Assembly (NCBI GenBank): GCA_000320545.1
Contig: ADNK01003381.1
Location: 5,772-69,771, forward strand
Source: Bigelowiella natans CCMP2755
Lineage: Eukaryota; Protista; Cercozoa
Direction: 5' to 3'
DNA: 64,000 nt
Part shown: positions 23,371 through 36,136 of the stretch, in pieces
Numbering within the stretch: position 1 is the first letter of the stretch
Layout of the letters: every line of letters starts with the position of its first letter
Made by a program: the position numbers and the translations under genes
Notes under the pieces: generated by a model
Seen by the model: the letters and a program-made list of their open reading frames with translations, nothing else
Databases searched by the model: none
Told to the model about the DNA's origin: nothing

Positions 23371-25105
23371 TCAGGTGGTACCTTTTAAGGTTATGAAGGT
23401 GTGACGCTTGTTCACACACATGTAATAGCATCGTGCGTCTATTTTACAGAATGTGTTTTTCCCAAAAATTACTGCGTACATTTCATAGCTGTCGCCTTCT
23501 ATAGAAGCTAGGTGACCTACCCCCAATGCATAAGCGCTTGCCTCACGACGGGAGAAACAGAGTAGTCGTCGAAGGCCTTGTTGGACCTTACGCATCTAGT
23601 GGTAACGAATACAAATGAGACTATGGCAGCAACGATAAGTAAAAGCATCATCGCAGAAGGAGGCGAATGAGGAAAAATCGTATTTCCGTCAAAAAGAAAT
23701 TATAGATATTGGAACAGAAGCAACAGCGCAACTAGCGCTGGGCGATAGCCTCCCCCCCCCTTCCCCCGTGAGCGAATACCTCCCTATGAGATTGTTTCGC
23801 CATCTTCCCTTCGGTCCAAATACGCCTAAGCCGCGTGAAATTTGGCGCGCATCGTCGTCAGTGCGGCGTCCCAGATAGAAGCGGCAGTACCACTGGAACC
23901 ATCCGTAAGGATCTTGCTCTGCAATCCACCCAGAGCCCTCCCACATGTCCAGCCCCCCCCCGCATCGAACGCCATATCTGTTGACCGACGGGTCGTACAC
24001 AGAACTGCAGACCTGAGAAGGATGGTTTGGTGAAAGTAAGGACGAGGCTACTGTGGCGACGGCGACTGCTGCTGCTGCTGCTGCTACCGTGTGATAGGAA
24101 TTTGATTCATGTATATAATAGGGTTTGCGTAAACGAAATGATGCCTTCAGAGGCAATGGAACTGCAGCACGGACGATGTGGCTAGAGGTATAAGAAACAG
24201 GAAGAGCGGATACCTGTTTCTTGATATCGAGTCCTTCAAACCAGTCCTTAGGAAATTCCTTAATTTGACTAGCACCTTTCAGCGTGGTGCCTGTCACAGA
24301 TGAGCGTATTGTTCGGAAGTAGCTGCCACCGAAAGCGCCGGCTTGTAGGACCTGCACGAGGAAAGCATACAATGGCATTGTCTCTTCTTAATGTGGTTGA
24401 GTTCTGTGATATTGAGGATGGGGGCCCAATCGACAACGAACGTGAATCACAGAATAACAGCGTGTGCAACACCTGCTGTGGGGTGAGGTTTGGCCGGAAT
24501 TCAGGGTGGTCTTTGAAGACGAGTTCTCCGTGCTTATTACGCGAGGGAAGGAGCATTCTGGCCAAAAAATACGATGAATCATATTGGATCGAATTAGAAC
24601 CAAGTCGCATGGCATTTGGGATCGTTTAGCAGTAACATGAAAACCATGGACATCCAAGTGGGCTATAGCTTCAAGGGAGGAAAACAGTGAAATCTACCCA
24701 CCCCCCATCTGACAAGCCAGAGCTCGATTTCTCTTTGGACTTCTTCTTCTTCTTCTTCCTGGAGAGGAGGAGGTGTCAGGTTAGCAACCGATGTCAGGGC
24801 TCAATCCTCTCGATTGAGGAGAGAATCAAAGGCTCTTATTACGACCTGGAAACAGAGTTCTTCCCTCCCTTTTTTGGTTTCTTCTGAGCTTCTTTTGACT
24901 TACGCGAGGCCGCCGCCGCTGCTGCCTGCTTTCTTCGCTCCTGCGCTTCCTCTCTTCTCTGCCTTTCCTCCTCCTCTCTCTGCTGTTGCTCTTCCTCTTT
25001 TCGCTTTTTCTCCTTAGCTGCTTTCTCGTCGTTAGTCTTTATACGCTTAGATCGACGTGCTGACGGCCCGGCCGCTCCTTTGTTTCTTTCTCTCCTCTTC
25101 GCCAT
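23371..25105 (-). CDS. Conserved uncharacterised protein (zgc:113208-like family) with a charged NLS-like N terminus
   Basis: Spliced motifs FRPNLTP.QVLQAGAFGGSYFR, KEFPKDWFEGLD, VNRYGVRCG, QDPYGWFQWYCRFYLGRRTDDDARQI and SPVVRQALMHWGYE match a widespread family as I recall it. Confidence 0.75.
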
Positions 25106-25437
25106 TCTTGCACAGACCTTTCTTCGGCAAATAAGTAGACCGGCCCCTTGGAATTGCCGTCGGGTTATTTTAGGAAAGTTATATAGGTCTATCGCGGATT
25201 ATACTGTGCTAATTATTTCTCCTTGTAGTTCGTCTCATGATGTCCCTCGAACAATTTCGGGAGGGGGTTGAATAGTCAAATCTAGGATAAATTATTGCCC
25301 ACTACCTGTGGCAATCGAGTGGTCCAGCGGAGTCGGTGCAACGCGACACGTCGAGTAGGAGAATCCTCCTCGAACGAATAGAGCCGAATCCTGAGAGCGG
25401 AGGAGCGAATTCCACGATGAAGACTTCACTTTAATGT

Positions 25438-25536
25438 TGTCGCAGCCAATGAATTGCAAAGTCTTCACTCTGATTCATGTCGCAGTGGGAAAATCCCCGT
25501 CTAATTTCGGAATTTACATGGAATCGAATGTCGCAG
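25438..25536 (+). promoter_or_regulatory. Three TGTCGCAG motifs in a divergent promoter
   Basis: Exact copies at 25438, 25478 and 25529; the motif recurs in other gene-upstream intervals (29769, 34638, 41928, 42005). Confidence 0.45.
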
Positions 25537-25818
25537 CTGGTCTACCAGCGAACCGGCATTCTGAGAACATTCCTTCCCCATGAGCTCGGAGCCGAGCTGA
25601 TGCTGAGCTGCATAGCTGACACGAGCACACGGGCACAATTCAACAGAGTACGCTGAGCGCGCTTTGGCCATTCGAGTACTGAACTTATTTTCTCGAGATC
25701 CTCATCGTTTCAGCGCAGGTGGATGCAAAAGATCATGTTTGTTGGGGGGAGGGACAAACACGCTCGATTGCGACATGTAGTATAACCCCACCTATCTTCT
25801 CAGGTCAAACACCCACAC

Positions 25819-27390
25819 ATGAGCTGGCTGCCTGTAGTATCCCAATTGAAATCTTTAGTGCAAGTCATTAGCGGAGACGCTGAAGGCGCTCGACGCACGC
25901 AGAAGGAGTTCGTTGAAACATGCCCTGTCGTGTCGCAAGTTACCTCGCTGGTTCATGCTGTCAAAGGAGATAAGAAGAAAGCTAGAGAGACACAGAAGAA
26001 ATTCGGCGCTACCATGGGCTCTGTAGTTGACTCGATTCCAGTAGTTGGTCACGCTAAGGGGGCCATTCACTATGCTTGCGGGGACAAGAAAGGTGGCCAC
26101 AACGCTATGAATGCTGCGTCTCGAACAACAGCGACAGTTGCAGGCGGAGCGGTAGGATTTATGGCTGGAGGTCCTGTAGGAACATATGTTGGTGGGCTTG
26201 CAGGTGGCCAGGCTTACGATGGGACCGCTACAGCGATCGCAAGTGCCAAAAACAAAAGCTACACGCCAAAAGGTAATTAGCCCAATTTTCTGCCAAAATC
26301 GGCCTAATTTTCCGTCAAAACCCTAATCCTAGCCCCCGACCCTAACCCTGTAGGCTCGTGGTCAACCATCCACCAAGCCATCCATGGAGATGAACGGGGC
26401 AAACGGGGCGGGCCAATTTTTGACGCTGCAATGACGCTGGCCTTGGATGCCGTCTCGGGACGAGCTGGCGGGGAGATTGTCCGGACGATGAAGCTGCCAA
26501 AGAGGGGCGCTTCGGAGAAGCTTGACATGCGGTACAAGGTTAACCGTGCCGAAGCTGGCGTTGAAGCAGGTTTCAAGGTAGACGGGACGCCAGATCTCCG
26601 ATTCGCGGATGCTTCCAGGAACGGAGCTGTGAAAGCAAAGCCTGTCCACGTTCCAAAGAAGAGCGCTGTCGTTGCAAAACGTGTTGCGAGGGCCACGACG
26701 AAGACGGATGCTAAGCTGCTCGAAGCAGCAAAGTTGTTAAGAGTTGCAGCGCACGTTCTTGAAGAAATCGCTGCTAAAACTGGACAGGGAAGACCTGCAT
26801 CTACGATGACGCGCACGCAGATAGTTGCTGCTAAAGCGTGCAATGCGTCTTACAAAGACGCGAAGGAACGATGCACTTTTGATGACTACGAGTATCAGCG
26901 GAACCTTTCGGATGCGCAGATAGCGGTTTGGAAACACTTGCAGAAGAAAGAAGTGCTGGTGGCGTTCCGAGGATCCACTACTGCTCGTGACTTTCTCGTG
27001 GAAGACGTGGCTATCGTCCTTCAGCAAGAGAGTTGGTGCAGCAGATTTGAAAGCAGCAATTTCATCAAACAGCTGCAAGACAAGTACCCAGGCCATAAAC
27101 TTATTCTCACTGGACATTCACTCGGGGGGAGGATCGCAATAAAAACAGCTATGCGATTCCCTACGATTGTGGAAAAGATCGTAACATTCAACGAGGGCAC
27201 TGCTTCTGAGCGCCTGAAGTTGAAATCCGAATTGAAACAAAAGTTGGAGGTGTGTCGTGTTCCTGGCGACTTTGTGTCTGCAAACTGGACTGCTGGAAGA
27301 GTTCTAGTCGAAGTGATGCGAGCTCCGGGAGCGAATTGCCACACGATATCGAATTTTCTAACAAATGGAACTGCTACGGCAGATCGGTAG
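25819..27390 (+). CDS. Glycine-zipper/helical-repeat N-domain fused to a class-3 lipase (exons 25819-26272 and 26354-27390)
   Basis: The GT-AG intron 26273-26353 joins the two ORFs in frame. Lipase motifs VAFRGS, LTGHSLGG, GDFVS and CHTISNF; N-terminal repeats PVVSQ.KSLV...GD...AR.TQ and a GGxxG zipper. Confidence 0.85.
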
Positions 27391-27419
27391 CCCAAAAGGA
27401 TTAACACCGAATTTTTTAA

Positions 27420-27900
27420 CATGCCTGTTGAAGAAGGCACTGGGACAGAAGTGAGAGAAATGCATGTGAAATGTCAATGAAAACTTAGAATGATTGTACA
27501 CAAAAGACCTCGTAACTACGGCACCGCCAGGAAGTTGAAATGCGCATGCATGGTCGCATACAACGCAATGAGCGAGCCTCAACTTAGCTCATTCGCAATC
27601 TGTGTGACCACAGATTGGTACTTTGTGCGCCTTTGTGGCGCTGATAAACCTGAACAATTTTCGCGCCAGATTGTATTGATAGCTTCGATCATGCGCTTCA
27701 TCGCAGGAAAATACGATCCATTGGTTGCGTGCTGACAGCGATCGAGTGTCAACACATTTCATAATTTTAATTATCGTGACGCAATGGCAAATAACAACAT
27801 CAACATCAAAGCATAAAATTACTTTAATATGTCGATCGCATGAAAATAGTCGCATCTTAGGCAAATAAATGCGCTATCAGCGTACGTACATTGTATAAAA
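27420..27900. other. Weaker CATG/TGCA-rich intergenic block D
   Basis: Lies between convergent stops (27390 + and 28092 -); tgcgcatgcatgg, tcgatcatgcgc etc. Confidence 0.5.
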
Positions 27901-28091
27901 TCAAATGTCTTATGCTACTAGCTCACATGCTCGTCAGAAAATAAAATGAGCTCTCTAAGAAGAGGCCTTTCTTAATCACAAGTTTTTTCTTATTCATACA
28001 CTGCGTGCCTGAGTTCAAAAATTAACATGGCATCAATCAAGTCCGCACATTTCTAATGTAATCTAGCAGTTCTATGCTCCCTTCGTCGTCC

Positions 28092-29427
28092 CTAATGCCT
28101 TCTTAAGATTAAAGAGCTTGCGTCTACCATCTCCACAGCATCTGGACCTGTTCGTACGGTGCAAATGTTAATCTTAAAGGGATTTTGGGTTCTTGATTCA
28201 ATCATGCAACAACTACTTTGGTGACTGTGTGTTGATCATATATTAGTGCATGACTGTGTGCAGTCGCATTACATATGCAGGGGTCAATAATGCTGTCGAT
28301 TTGGGAGGCGCGATCAATGAGATCGAAGGATATTGCGGTGTCCTTGCTTAGCTTTGAAACTTTATCACAATTCTTCCACTCATCATAGAATTTGGGTGTT
28401 TCTCGCGCCTTTTTAGATATAATTGTAAAAAGTGAGAATACTTAGAAAATCTACGCTCATTACAGCTACCATCAACATCTCTCTATAAATTTTAAGATAA
28501 AAATCCCAGTATAAACTAGGATGTAAATTGTTCCATCGCAACGCAGGCACTGCTCGAGATCTACAATATAGCATAAGTACAACTGTCATTACACCCTACT
28601 GCTATGATCACCTCTGAGTTGCGTTTCATGAGCTTCCAGAAGCGATGGCTCATCTTTGGACAGGCCACGCTGCTGCTGCTGCTGCTACTGCTGCTGTTTT
28701 CAGATGCAACAGCATTTTGGTTACCGTTGGACGATTTTTGCATGCTCTGACACAGTCCTTCGACTGACCCAGAGAATGGCGGGGACGATATCTCCAGGTC
28801 TAGGAAAAACCGCCGTTGTCTCACCATGAGAGTCACCTCGTCGGCCATACAGGTGCAAGTTAGTGAGCTTTCAGTCGGGTCGGTAGCCCCACAGTTAGGG
28901 TCAAACGATTCGGGTGGAATTCGCGAACCGAGAGCAGTCAGCTCCTCCCTCTCATCCAGATAAAAGCGGACGACGGGGTTTCCGTTCTCTGCGGGATCTG
29001 CCTGCACGATGACCACCCCCATCCCGCACTTGAAAGCTGCCGACGTCACGAAGGACACAACGCCTTTCGCGTTGCTGACCTTGTCCACACAAGACCCCAG
29101 TCGTGTGCCCCCCTCTCCCGAGTCGTCTGTGAAGCTCGATAGCAGGAACTCTCCGCATGCCGTGTAGTCAAACTTGGGACCTCCAAATGGGGTGATGTGC
29201 GGGTCGCCAATCACCTTGCACACCATTGTTTCCTCGTCTCCGCTTTGGACCTGCTGCTGTTCTGATAGCGACGTCGAGTTGCCCCGCCCGCCCCTCGTTG
29301 GAAGCATAGCGGCAGGGGTGCGCTCTATTGTGGCTAGCTCGATCCCATTGCTCGCTTGTTGCCAAGAGCCTGAAGCGGACGTTGCAAGGCACGCCGCCAA
29401 GGCGAGAGACAACACGCTCTTACTCAT
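28092..29427 (-). CDS. Secreted VWD-like domain protein (multi-exon)
   Basis: Signal peptide MSKSVLSLALAACLATSASG, VWD start motif CKVIGDPHITPFGGPKFDYTACGEFLL, GLC motif, and Cys-containing downstream exons ending at a TAG at 28092-28094. Confidence 0.75.
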
Positions 29428-29859
29428 ACTTCCTGCGCAAACATAGGTCACAAGATTTCAGATCACTTTCCCCATTAAATACCCAACTGATCGCCTATTT
29501 GAAGCAGGCACGAACTATGTAATGTCGGTTATGTGCATGGGTGGACGTGGATGGGTGGGGGGACAGGACCTGAGTTCTGTTTCAATACCGAAACTCGGGA
29601 GTTTGATAATGGGGAGGCGTTTCTTCCGATACGACATGCAAACGGCCAATCCTTACCAGAAGAATCGCCTGCATTTCCTCCGATTTTATCGATGGCGTAG
29701 TATTAGCAAAAGATACTTGCAAATACCGAAGCCGATCCTTAAAACTTCCTTAATTTCTCTCGCTGATCCTGCGACAATCGAATCTCAATGTCGTAGTGGA
29801 AGAATCTAGGTTGTTTTTGGTCCCAAATATCTCCGCTTCAGAAGTTGACGGGACGACGT

Positions 29860-29956
29860 TTCACAAAGGTCAAGGACCCCAAACGAGGTTCGCATGTGAC
29901 AATGTTCATTGTTCACAAAGGTCAAGGACCCCAAACGAGGTTCGCATGTGACAATG
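29860..29956 (+). repeat. Perfect 45-bp direct repeat x2 (7-bp spacer)
   Basis: ttcacaaaggtcaaggaccccaaacgaggttcgcatgtgacaatg at 29860-29904 and 29912-29956. Confidence 0.9.
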
Positions 29957-31240
29957 AAGACTCAATCAGAATGAGCAACTTGCTTCTCGAACAGATTCCT
30001 AAGCAGATGCACCGGACGTGTTGCACATCTCCTCTTGCCCACAGCATCCCGATCGAAAAACCTGACAGCTGACATTCACCTTTTGCATGAGTCGGAAGGA
30101 GAAGCAATGCCTGACATGAAAAAATCGATGCATTGCAACAATGTGCGCTTTGGGGAAAGCCACATGAAATGACACCTTTCAGAATCAAGTTCAAGGCAGC
30201 TGTTCTTGCTGATTGACTCCACTCCAACGGACCAATTGATGGCTGCACAATTGCAGGCCTAGTTGCAGCAATTGCAACGTGTTTTTGCGATCCAGTTGCA
30301 ATTGGAGCCATTGACGTCTCTGTGAGAAGCAACAGTCGGTGCCTGTTGTGAGAAACTTCAGTTTCGTTCTGGGACTCATAAAACCGAAGAACATCGGGCC
30401 AGAATTTGCAATCTGCCCTCGAGGTGCTGCGTTTCGAACACTGCTGCAAACGTCAGTTGGAACCTGGACACATTCCAACTGTGCCAACAATTGACAGACA
30501 ATTCACCTAGCCTTGACTCATCATCCTTGGCTTCCTCAGATGCAAGATGTTGGCTAGTTGTGTTGCTCACTGCCAACAGGGCGCTGACAAGTCCTTGCAA
30601 CGAGTGTTGTTGAGGCTCTGCTGCATGCTGACGCCTGTCTCCCATGTGGTTCTGGCGCATGTAGATTTGATCAACGCTTTGTTCATTGTTCATTGTTCGC
30701 ATCCCTTGACACGAAGACAGGGCACAGCCATGGAAACCAGCAGTGACGACGTCGCGGCCGCGCGTTCTCTGCCACCGCACATGGAGGAACTGTTTAGAAA
30801 ATGCAAATTCCTTCGATGAAGCAGACATTTCATGAAACAAGCATGTGAGATTCCTTGCTGTTCGTGCCAGCGTGTCAGGTGTGTTGTGACTGAGTGTTGA
30901 AGTTTGGTTTTCAACGGTTGGATGTTCGCGCGGCCGCGGTGCATGCACATGACTCAACCGTGTTTGTTCGTTTGTGCTTGTCGCTTGTCCAAATCGCAAT
31001 GCAGATATAAGCGCTGGCAAGGCTAGCTAGAAAGGCATCACCCGATGCGATTGCATCTGCGCATCAAAATGTCACTGCATTTTGACCTTGTTCAATCCTA
31101 CATGCCATGGATTGTGAGTTCATGTAGCGCGCACGCAGAGAGCCGAAGAATTCGACCCTCGTGTTGCAACAGCAGGACAGGTTGGTGTGTTCAGAACGAA
31201 GTGATTGATTTCTTCAATTGAACATGACAACATTGCATTC
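29890..31240. other. TGCA/CATG-rich intergenic block E
   Basis: Immediately 3' of the fibrillin exons; dense tgca/caattg/catg words. Confidence 0.65.
29960..31020 (-). pseudogene. Possible decayed coding relic inside a CATG/TGCA block
   Basis: A long minus-strand frame (ORF 30376-31020) continues past scattered stops and becomes unusually Cys/Asn-rich (NGSNCNWIAKTRCNCCN*ACNC); no splice pattern. Confidence 0.3.
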
Positions 31241-31243
31241 AAT

Positions 31244-31386
31244 TCACGAAGTGTCTGCACCTGTCTGCTTCACTTGGACAACTACACCACCTCCTAGAGC
31301 AGATCTTGATCGAAATATCCTCAGCTCTTTGTCCAGATAAAGTATCTAATGGTTCATAGAAAAAGTTTTCAACACACGCGCGCGCG

Positions 31387-31417
<31 letters not shown>

Positions 31418-32420
31418 ATATGTGTGTGTGTACATATATGTGTACATGTATTTACATATGTGTATCATGGTAACACAATGTACAATAGGCATTTCTAAAA
31501 GACCACACCTCGAATGAGCCTTTCCCTTGAATCGGGAGCTTGAGAGTTCTTTTCCCTTCCGCCTCTTTGGCACCAGCACCGGTTTCACCAGCCGCCCAGC
31601 TAATGGCCCCGCCTTCGATGGAGGCTTCGACCAAAACTGGGCTCACAAACGCTTCGGATCCAGGGTAATTTGTTGGGCGAGACGTGATAGAAAAAGCGCC
31701 CTCGGCAACAATCGACACGCCATTGAGAAAGTTAACGGAGTTCCGCACCGTGCTGAGTAAGGAATGATAGCAAGTTTAATCATATAAATACGTTGATATG
31801 CGACTGTCTGTGCGCGCGCGCGCGCGCGGTTTGAAATGAAGACGAAGAGAACCTATTTTCTGAAGAGAAATCTTGATACGCAGAGGCCTTTTGAGGGCGG
31901 GGCCGGAAGGCCTTCCACGGTAGAAGCCCTTCCTCCTACACAGTTCATATATGTTTTTTAGGAAACAATTCAAAGTGAATATGTATCTAGCCTCTTTTCA
32001 GTAACTAGCGCACAATGCCGATATTCGCTGGTACCCATATCACTCGCCAAGAGCCGTCCAGATCCCTGATGCACACCAAACGCGCACGGAAATGAGCAGC
32101 CATATGTACACGCTATTCAACCGCAGATGTACATCGAGGCACATAACAATAACTAAAAATGTTTTAACGCGTATTTCAACGCCATCAAACTCATTCTATT
32201 GTATCCATAAAATGACATTGTAGAGTAAACAGGTATTCCCCCCCCCTCCCCAGGACAAGTTGTTTATCCTCAAAGCAGAACCTCGGACAAATAGTCGTCG
32301 GAAGGCTAATAAGTCCTTGCACAAGGCTGCGGCATCGATTGGCGTCCTCCTCCCCTCCCTCTTCCGCGAGAAGAAGCGCCTTGAGCTCCTTGCCCCACTC
32401 GGATGCGACCGCATCGTTTC
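31244..32420 (-). CDS. PAP/fibrillin domain exons (probably the C-terminal part of the gene starting at 34513)
   Basis: KELKALLL..., DLDGSWRVIW, SAYQDFS..TVRNSVNF and GSFE|ILYLDKELRIFRS (YLD..LRI fibrillin signature). Confidence 0.8.
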
Positions 32421-32596
32421 GAGATCTAACAAACATCCAACTGTGATCTTTGCATGCTCAATGGTATGATAATATATATATGATGAATCCAGAACTATGG
32501 AAAACACGTTCGGATACGTCATTCGTCAAGCGATATGACTTAGGCTTTTATGAGGCCAATCATGGTAAATACTTCATTGAATGGAAATAATATACG

Positions 32597-32664
<68 letters not shown>

Positions 32665-32669
32665 CACAT

Positions 32670-32904
32670 ATCCACCCGAGAGGAACATTGGCGACTGCAT
32701 CCAATGGCGGAGGGGGGAACGGAGCAGCTAGTCGAAGTAGAGAGGAGAGAAGCTGCGGAGGGGGGGTGGGGAGGAGAGCGGATGCTGCGACATCCCAATC
32801 CGCTATTGTAAACTCATCTCTCTGGAACCGTATCAGGCCCTGAAACGTTTATCAAAGGGGTATTACATATAACTGCGGACATGTTTTTTTACAAAACGCA
32901 CACA

Positions 32905-32938
<34 letters not shown>

Positions 32939-33991
32939 TAGTACATTTGATAGTTTTTGCGTCTTGACTACTACCGTATCTTCGTCGATTTTGTAGAAGG
33001 TTTTGACAAGGTATGGCTTGATGCGCGGGTTCGTGGGCAAATTCACCCTGGCGTCGAGGTACCATGTTACCTTTGATAATGCAAATCACACTCACACAAA
33101 CACACACACACACACACACAAACACAAATGACGCGCGCCCATATATATATATATATATAATATAGTATAAGTTTTCACTCATATTATGTCCAAAGATATC
33201 TTCAATTTATACCCCACCATTATCGTAGAGCTGTCAATTGGTGCCACGTCGATGACCTGCATAACGGCGCCACCCTCCCCCTATTTAGAGTATTTGTGTA
33301 CACGTGTGGTCCCGTGTGCGCGCGATTTTCTGCGGTGGCGTGTGCATGCGCCTCGTTACCTGCGTGAAGAATCTTGCAACGCCCCTTGCGTATTCGTCGA
33401 GAGAAGATGCAGACACGGAGGGGTCGGAGAATCTGTTTTGTATGCAAATGCCGCCAGTGATGTGATGGATGGGCGAATGGATGTCGCCTGGTCGAACCAC
33501 TAAGTGGCCTCCTGCTTCTCTTTCTTCTACCACTACGCCTACTACGACTCCTACTACGAATATAGTAGATCTTCTACACTACTTACGCAAATTCATCGAG
33601 GAAGAGCCTGCTATCCACCTGCCCTGTGACAAACCTAGTCAACATGGAATAATAACATGGAATAATCCTTACAAATTGGAAGGGGAAGCTCGTGTTGCTA
33701 GCACACAACAATCACCCCTCCTCCACCATGCACACGTATATACAGACACACACACTCGCACACAGCAGTGAAGTCAAATGAAACACATCGTCGCCTCGAT
33801 CTGGGGAGCGCTGCGCTACGAGCCAAAACTGCTACTATGACGATGACGACGACGATGATGATGATGATGATGATGATTATGGCGTCGACGGCAATTTCAG
33901 CTATCAGTAGTACCAGCTACGTTCTTGCAATCCTAATCACCAGTGGCATTGCAAAAACACGTATTGTTAATATAGGAAGATCGCGCATTAT

Positions 33992-34031
<40 letters not shown>

Positions 34032-34513
34032 GAATCATAACAACCTCGATAAACTTCAAGGCATAGAGCCTCCATCGTCAAACCGGACGCTTTCGCCTGC
34101 GAGTCCTGTGCGCTGGCAGAAGCAATTTCCTCGTACGATAATGATCCCCCTCCCTCGACCGTGTTGCCTCGAGACGTTCCCTGCTTGAGCCCGGCTGGGA
34201 GAATGGCGTTGAAAAACGCTGTGACCGGGTCTTTGCTCTCACCGATAGGCGAAGACGATGAAGAAGACAGCGGTTTCTCCTCTTCAGAATCCTCTCCCAT
34301 CCTCTGCTCTGCCCTGGTGAAAAGCGGGGCTAGTTGTGGCCGAGCGACGGAATTTTGGCTGCTCCATCGACGACGATGGCGGAGTCGACTCTGCAGGATG
34401 ATGCGCCCTCCCCTCACACTTCGGCCATCCCTAGTCGGTATCATAGACGAAGATCCCGACGAGCAGACCGCCATAACGAGCAGAAGGGACAGGGGACGGC
34501 CGCCACCCACCAT
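32670..34513 (-). CDS. Plastid-targeted DUF2358 (SnoaL/NTF2-like) protein exons
   Basis: Leader MVGGGRPLSLLLVMAVCSSG plus an R/S-rich transit-like region. Exons FVTGQVDSRLFLDE, RFSDPSVSASSLDEYARGVARFF, VTWYLDARVNLPTNPRIKPY...FYKIDED and GLIRFQRDEFTIAD follow the DUF2358 pattern. Confidence 0.72.
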
Positions 34514-34960
34514 CGTCGTGCCACGTGGACAGATGGAGAAATGCGTTTGTGAGCACCACACGGCCAGGGGAAGACCAGTTTTCCACCTCGCGACAGCAAA
34601 ACATCGGGGAAAATCTAAAATCTCCTGGATATGCCTTCTGCGACAACTCGTTCCATCACCAGCCGTATAGGAACTATTTCGTAGGATATTTCTCGGTTGA
34701 TTGCGTGGCATCTGTGTGAACGACCAGGCCCGCTGATTCCAGTGCTGGCGATTTCAGAAAGTGGGTTTTACTTCGCTGCAGGGAAATACATCCTAAATCC
34801 GTTGGCCCAGAATTTACCCTGGAACCCGTAGCTAGATTTTCCGCGATTTTGGGATAAAAAGTAGATTTCGATGTTGTCGTTCAGTAAAAAAAAGGCCCAT
34901 TTTTTTACTATAAATTCCTGCCGAGGCTGCCGAAGCTCGTCGTCCCCCCCCGCTTGCACG

Positions 34961-35955
34961 ATGATGCATGCGCAGCTGCTACTGCAGCTGCTGCTGCGCT
35001 ACGTGCTGTGGTTCTTTGGAGGTTCAACTGCAATCGTTTTTGCGGCGAAGTTCTATCTCTCCTTTCCGAGCTCGAGGCCCCTCCCAAGCTTTATGGGTAA
35101 ATTGACAACAAACTGTGAGTCAGACAACGTCGATGCGAAATGGCGACGATTACTCGAATGCCGCGTGTTATTCTTTAGATATTCTGCCCCCCCCCCACTA
35201 TTTCTGAATTCTATAGAACCTGACGCTAAAAAGAGAACGAAGTTTCCCGGGAGACCGCAGGTCAGCCATTCCTTATTACTTGTTTTCATGTGTGTCGTTG
35301 TGCGTGGTTCGGCTTTTTCTACCTCTGCACCTCAAATAGCTGACATTTTTCCTATCCAAAGGCCGCGAAAGAGATGAAGAAAAGGGGATTCTCTTCGCAG
35401 ATCGTTGGGGTTGGTCGCAACAACACTGCAAGGATTCACTACAAGATATTCGGTGAGCCTTGTCATTTATTCGTTGGAGTGGGAAGATCGGTACAAATCC
35501 CCCAAAATTCACTTCTCAGGCAACGATGATCAAAAGAGGAAATTAGTCCTCTGCATGGGTCTAGGTGCCAGAGGAGATTTGTGGCAGGTGGCAATCTTTT
35601 GGCATGGAAAATACATTTATTGTGGTTAAGGCCGATGCATTCCTGAGTTTGTTTCAGAAACATCAGCAGCTATTCTTCTCATGCACATGTATCTCATGCA
35701 CATGTACCACACGCTTATGAGACTACCCCCGCCAATTTGGCATTTTCAACCCGATTGAGAGAGGAAAACAAACGTCCCTCCTCTCCTCCCACTGCCCGTT
35801 CGTTATACTCAGGGTATACTGAAGCGCTTGGTTGGAGAATTCCAAATTCTTGTGATGGACAATAGGTTCGAATATTGGTGCTGCTGGGTATTGTTGTTGA
35901 GAGCCAGAGAAAGAGATATTCGAGTGTGGATACTAGAGAGCACATATACTCAGTC

Positions 35956-35989
<34 letters not shown>

Positions 35990-36062
35990 TGAAAACATAC
36001 TGATACTGGGTTGATTGGCTTGGCGATTTTGTTTCTATTTCTCCCTCCTCTTAATTCTTTAC

Positions 36063-36136
<74 letters not shown>

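Noticed and set aside
26318-26350. CCCTAA-like words as an interstitial telomere
   Set aside because: Only two or three imperfect units inside a short intron.
32480-33650. A plus-strand multi-exon gene (e.g. VDFVEGFDKVWLDARV)
   Set aside because: The minus-strand frames give an ordered DUF2358 motif series with proper splice sites; the plus-strand reading is its shadow.
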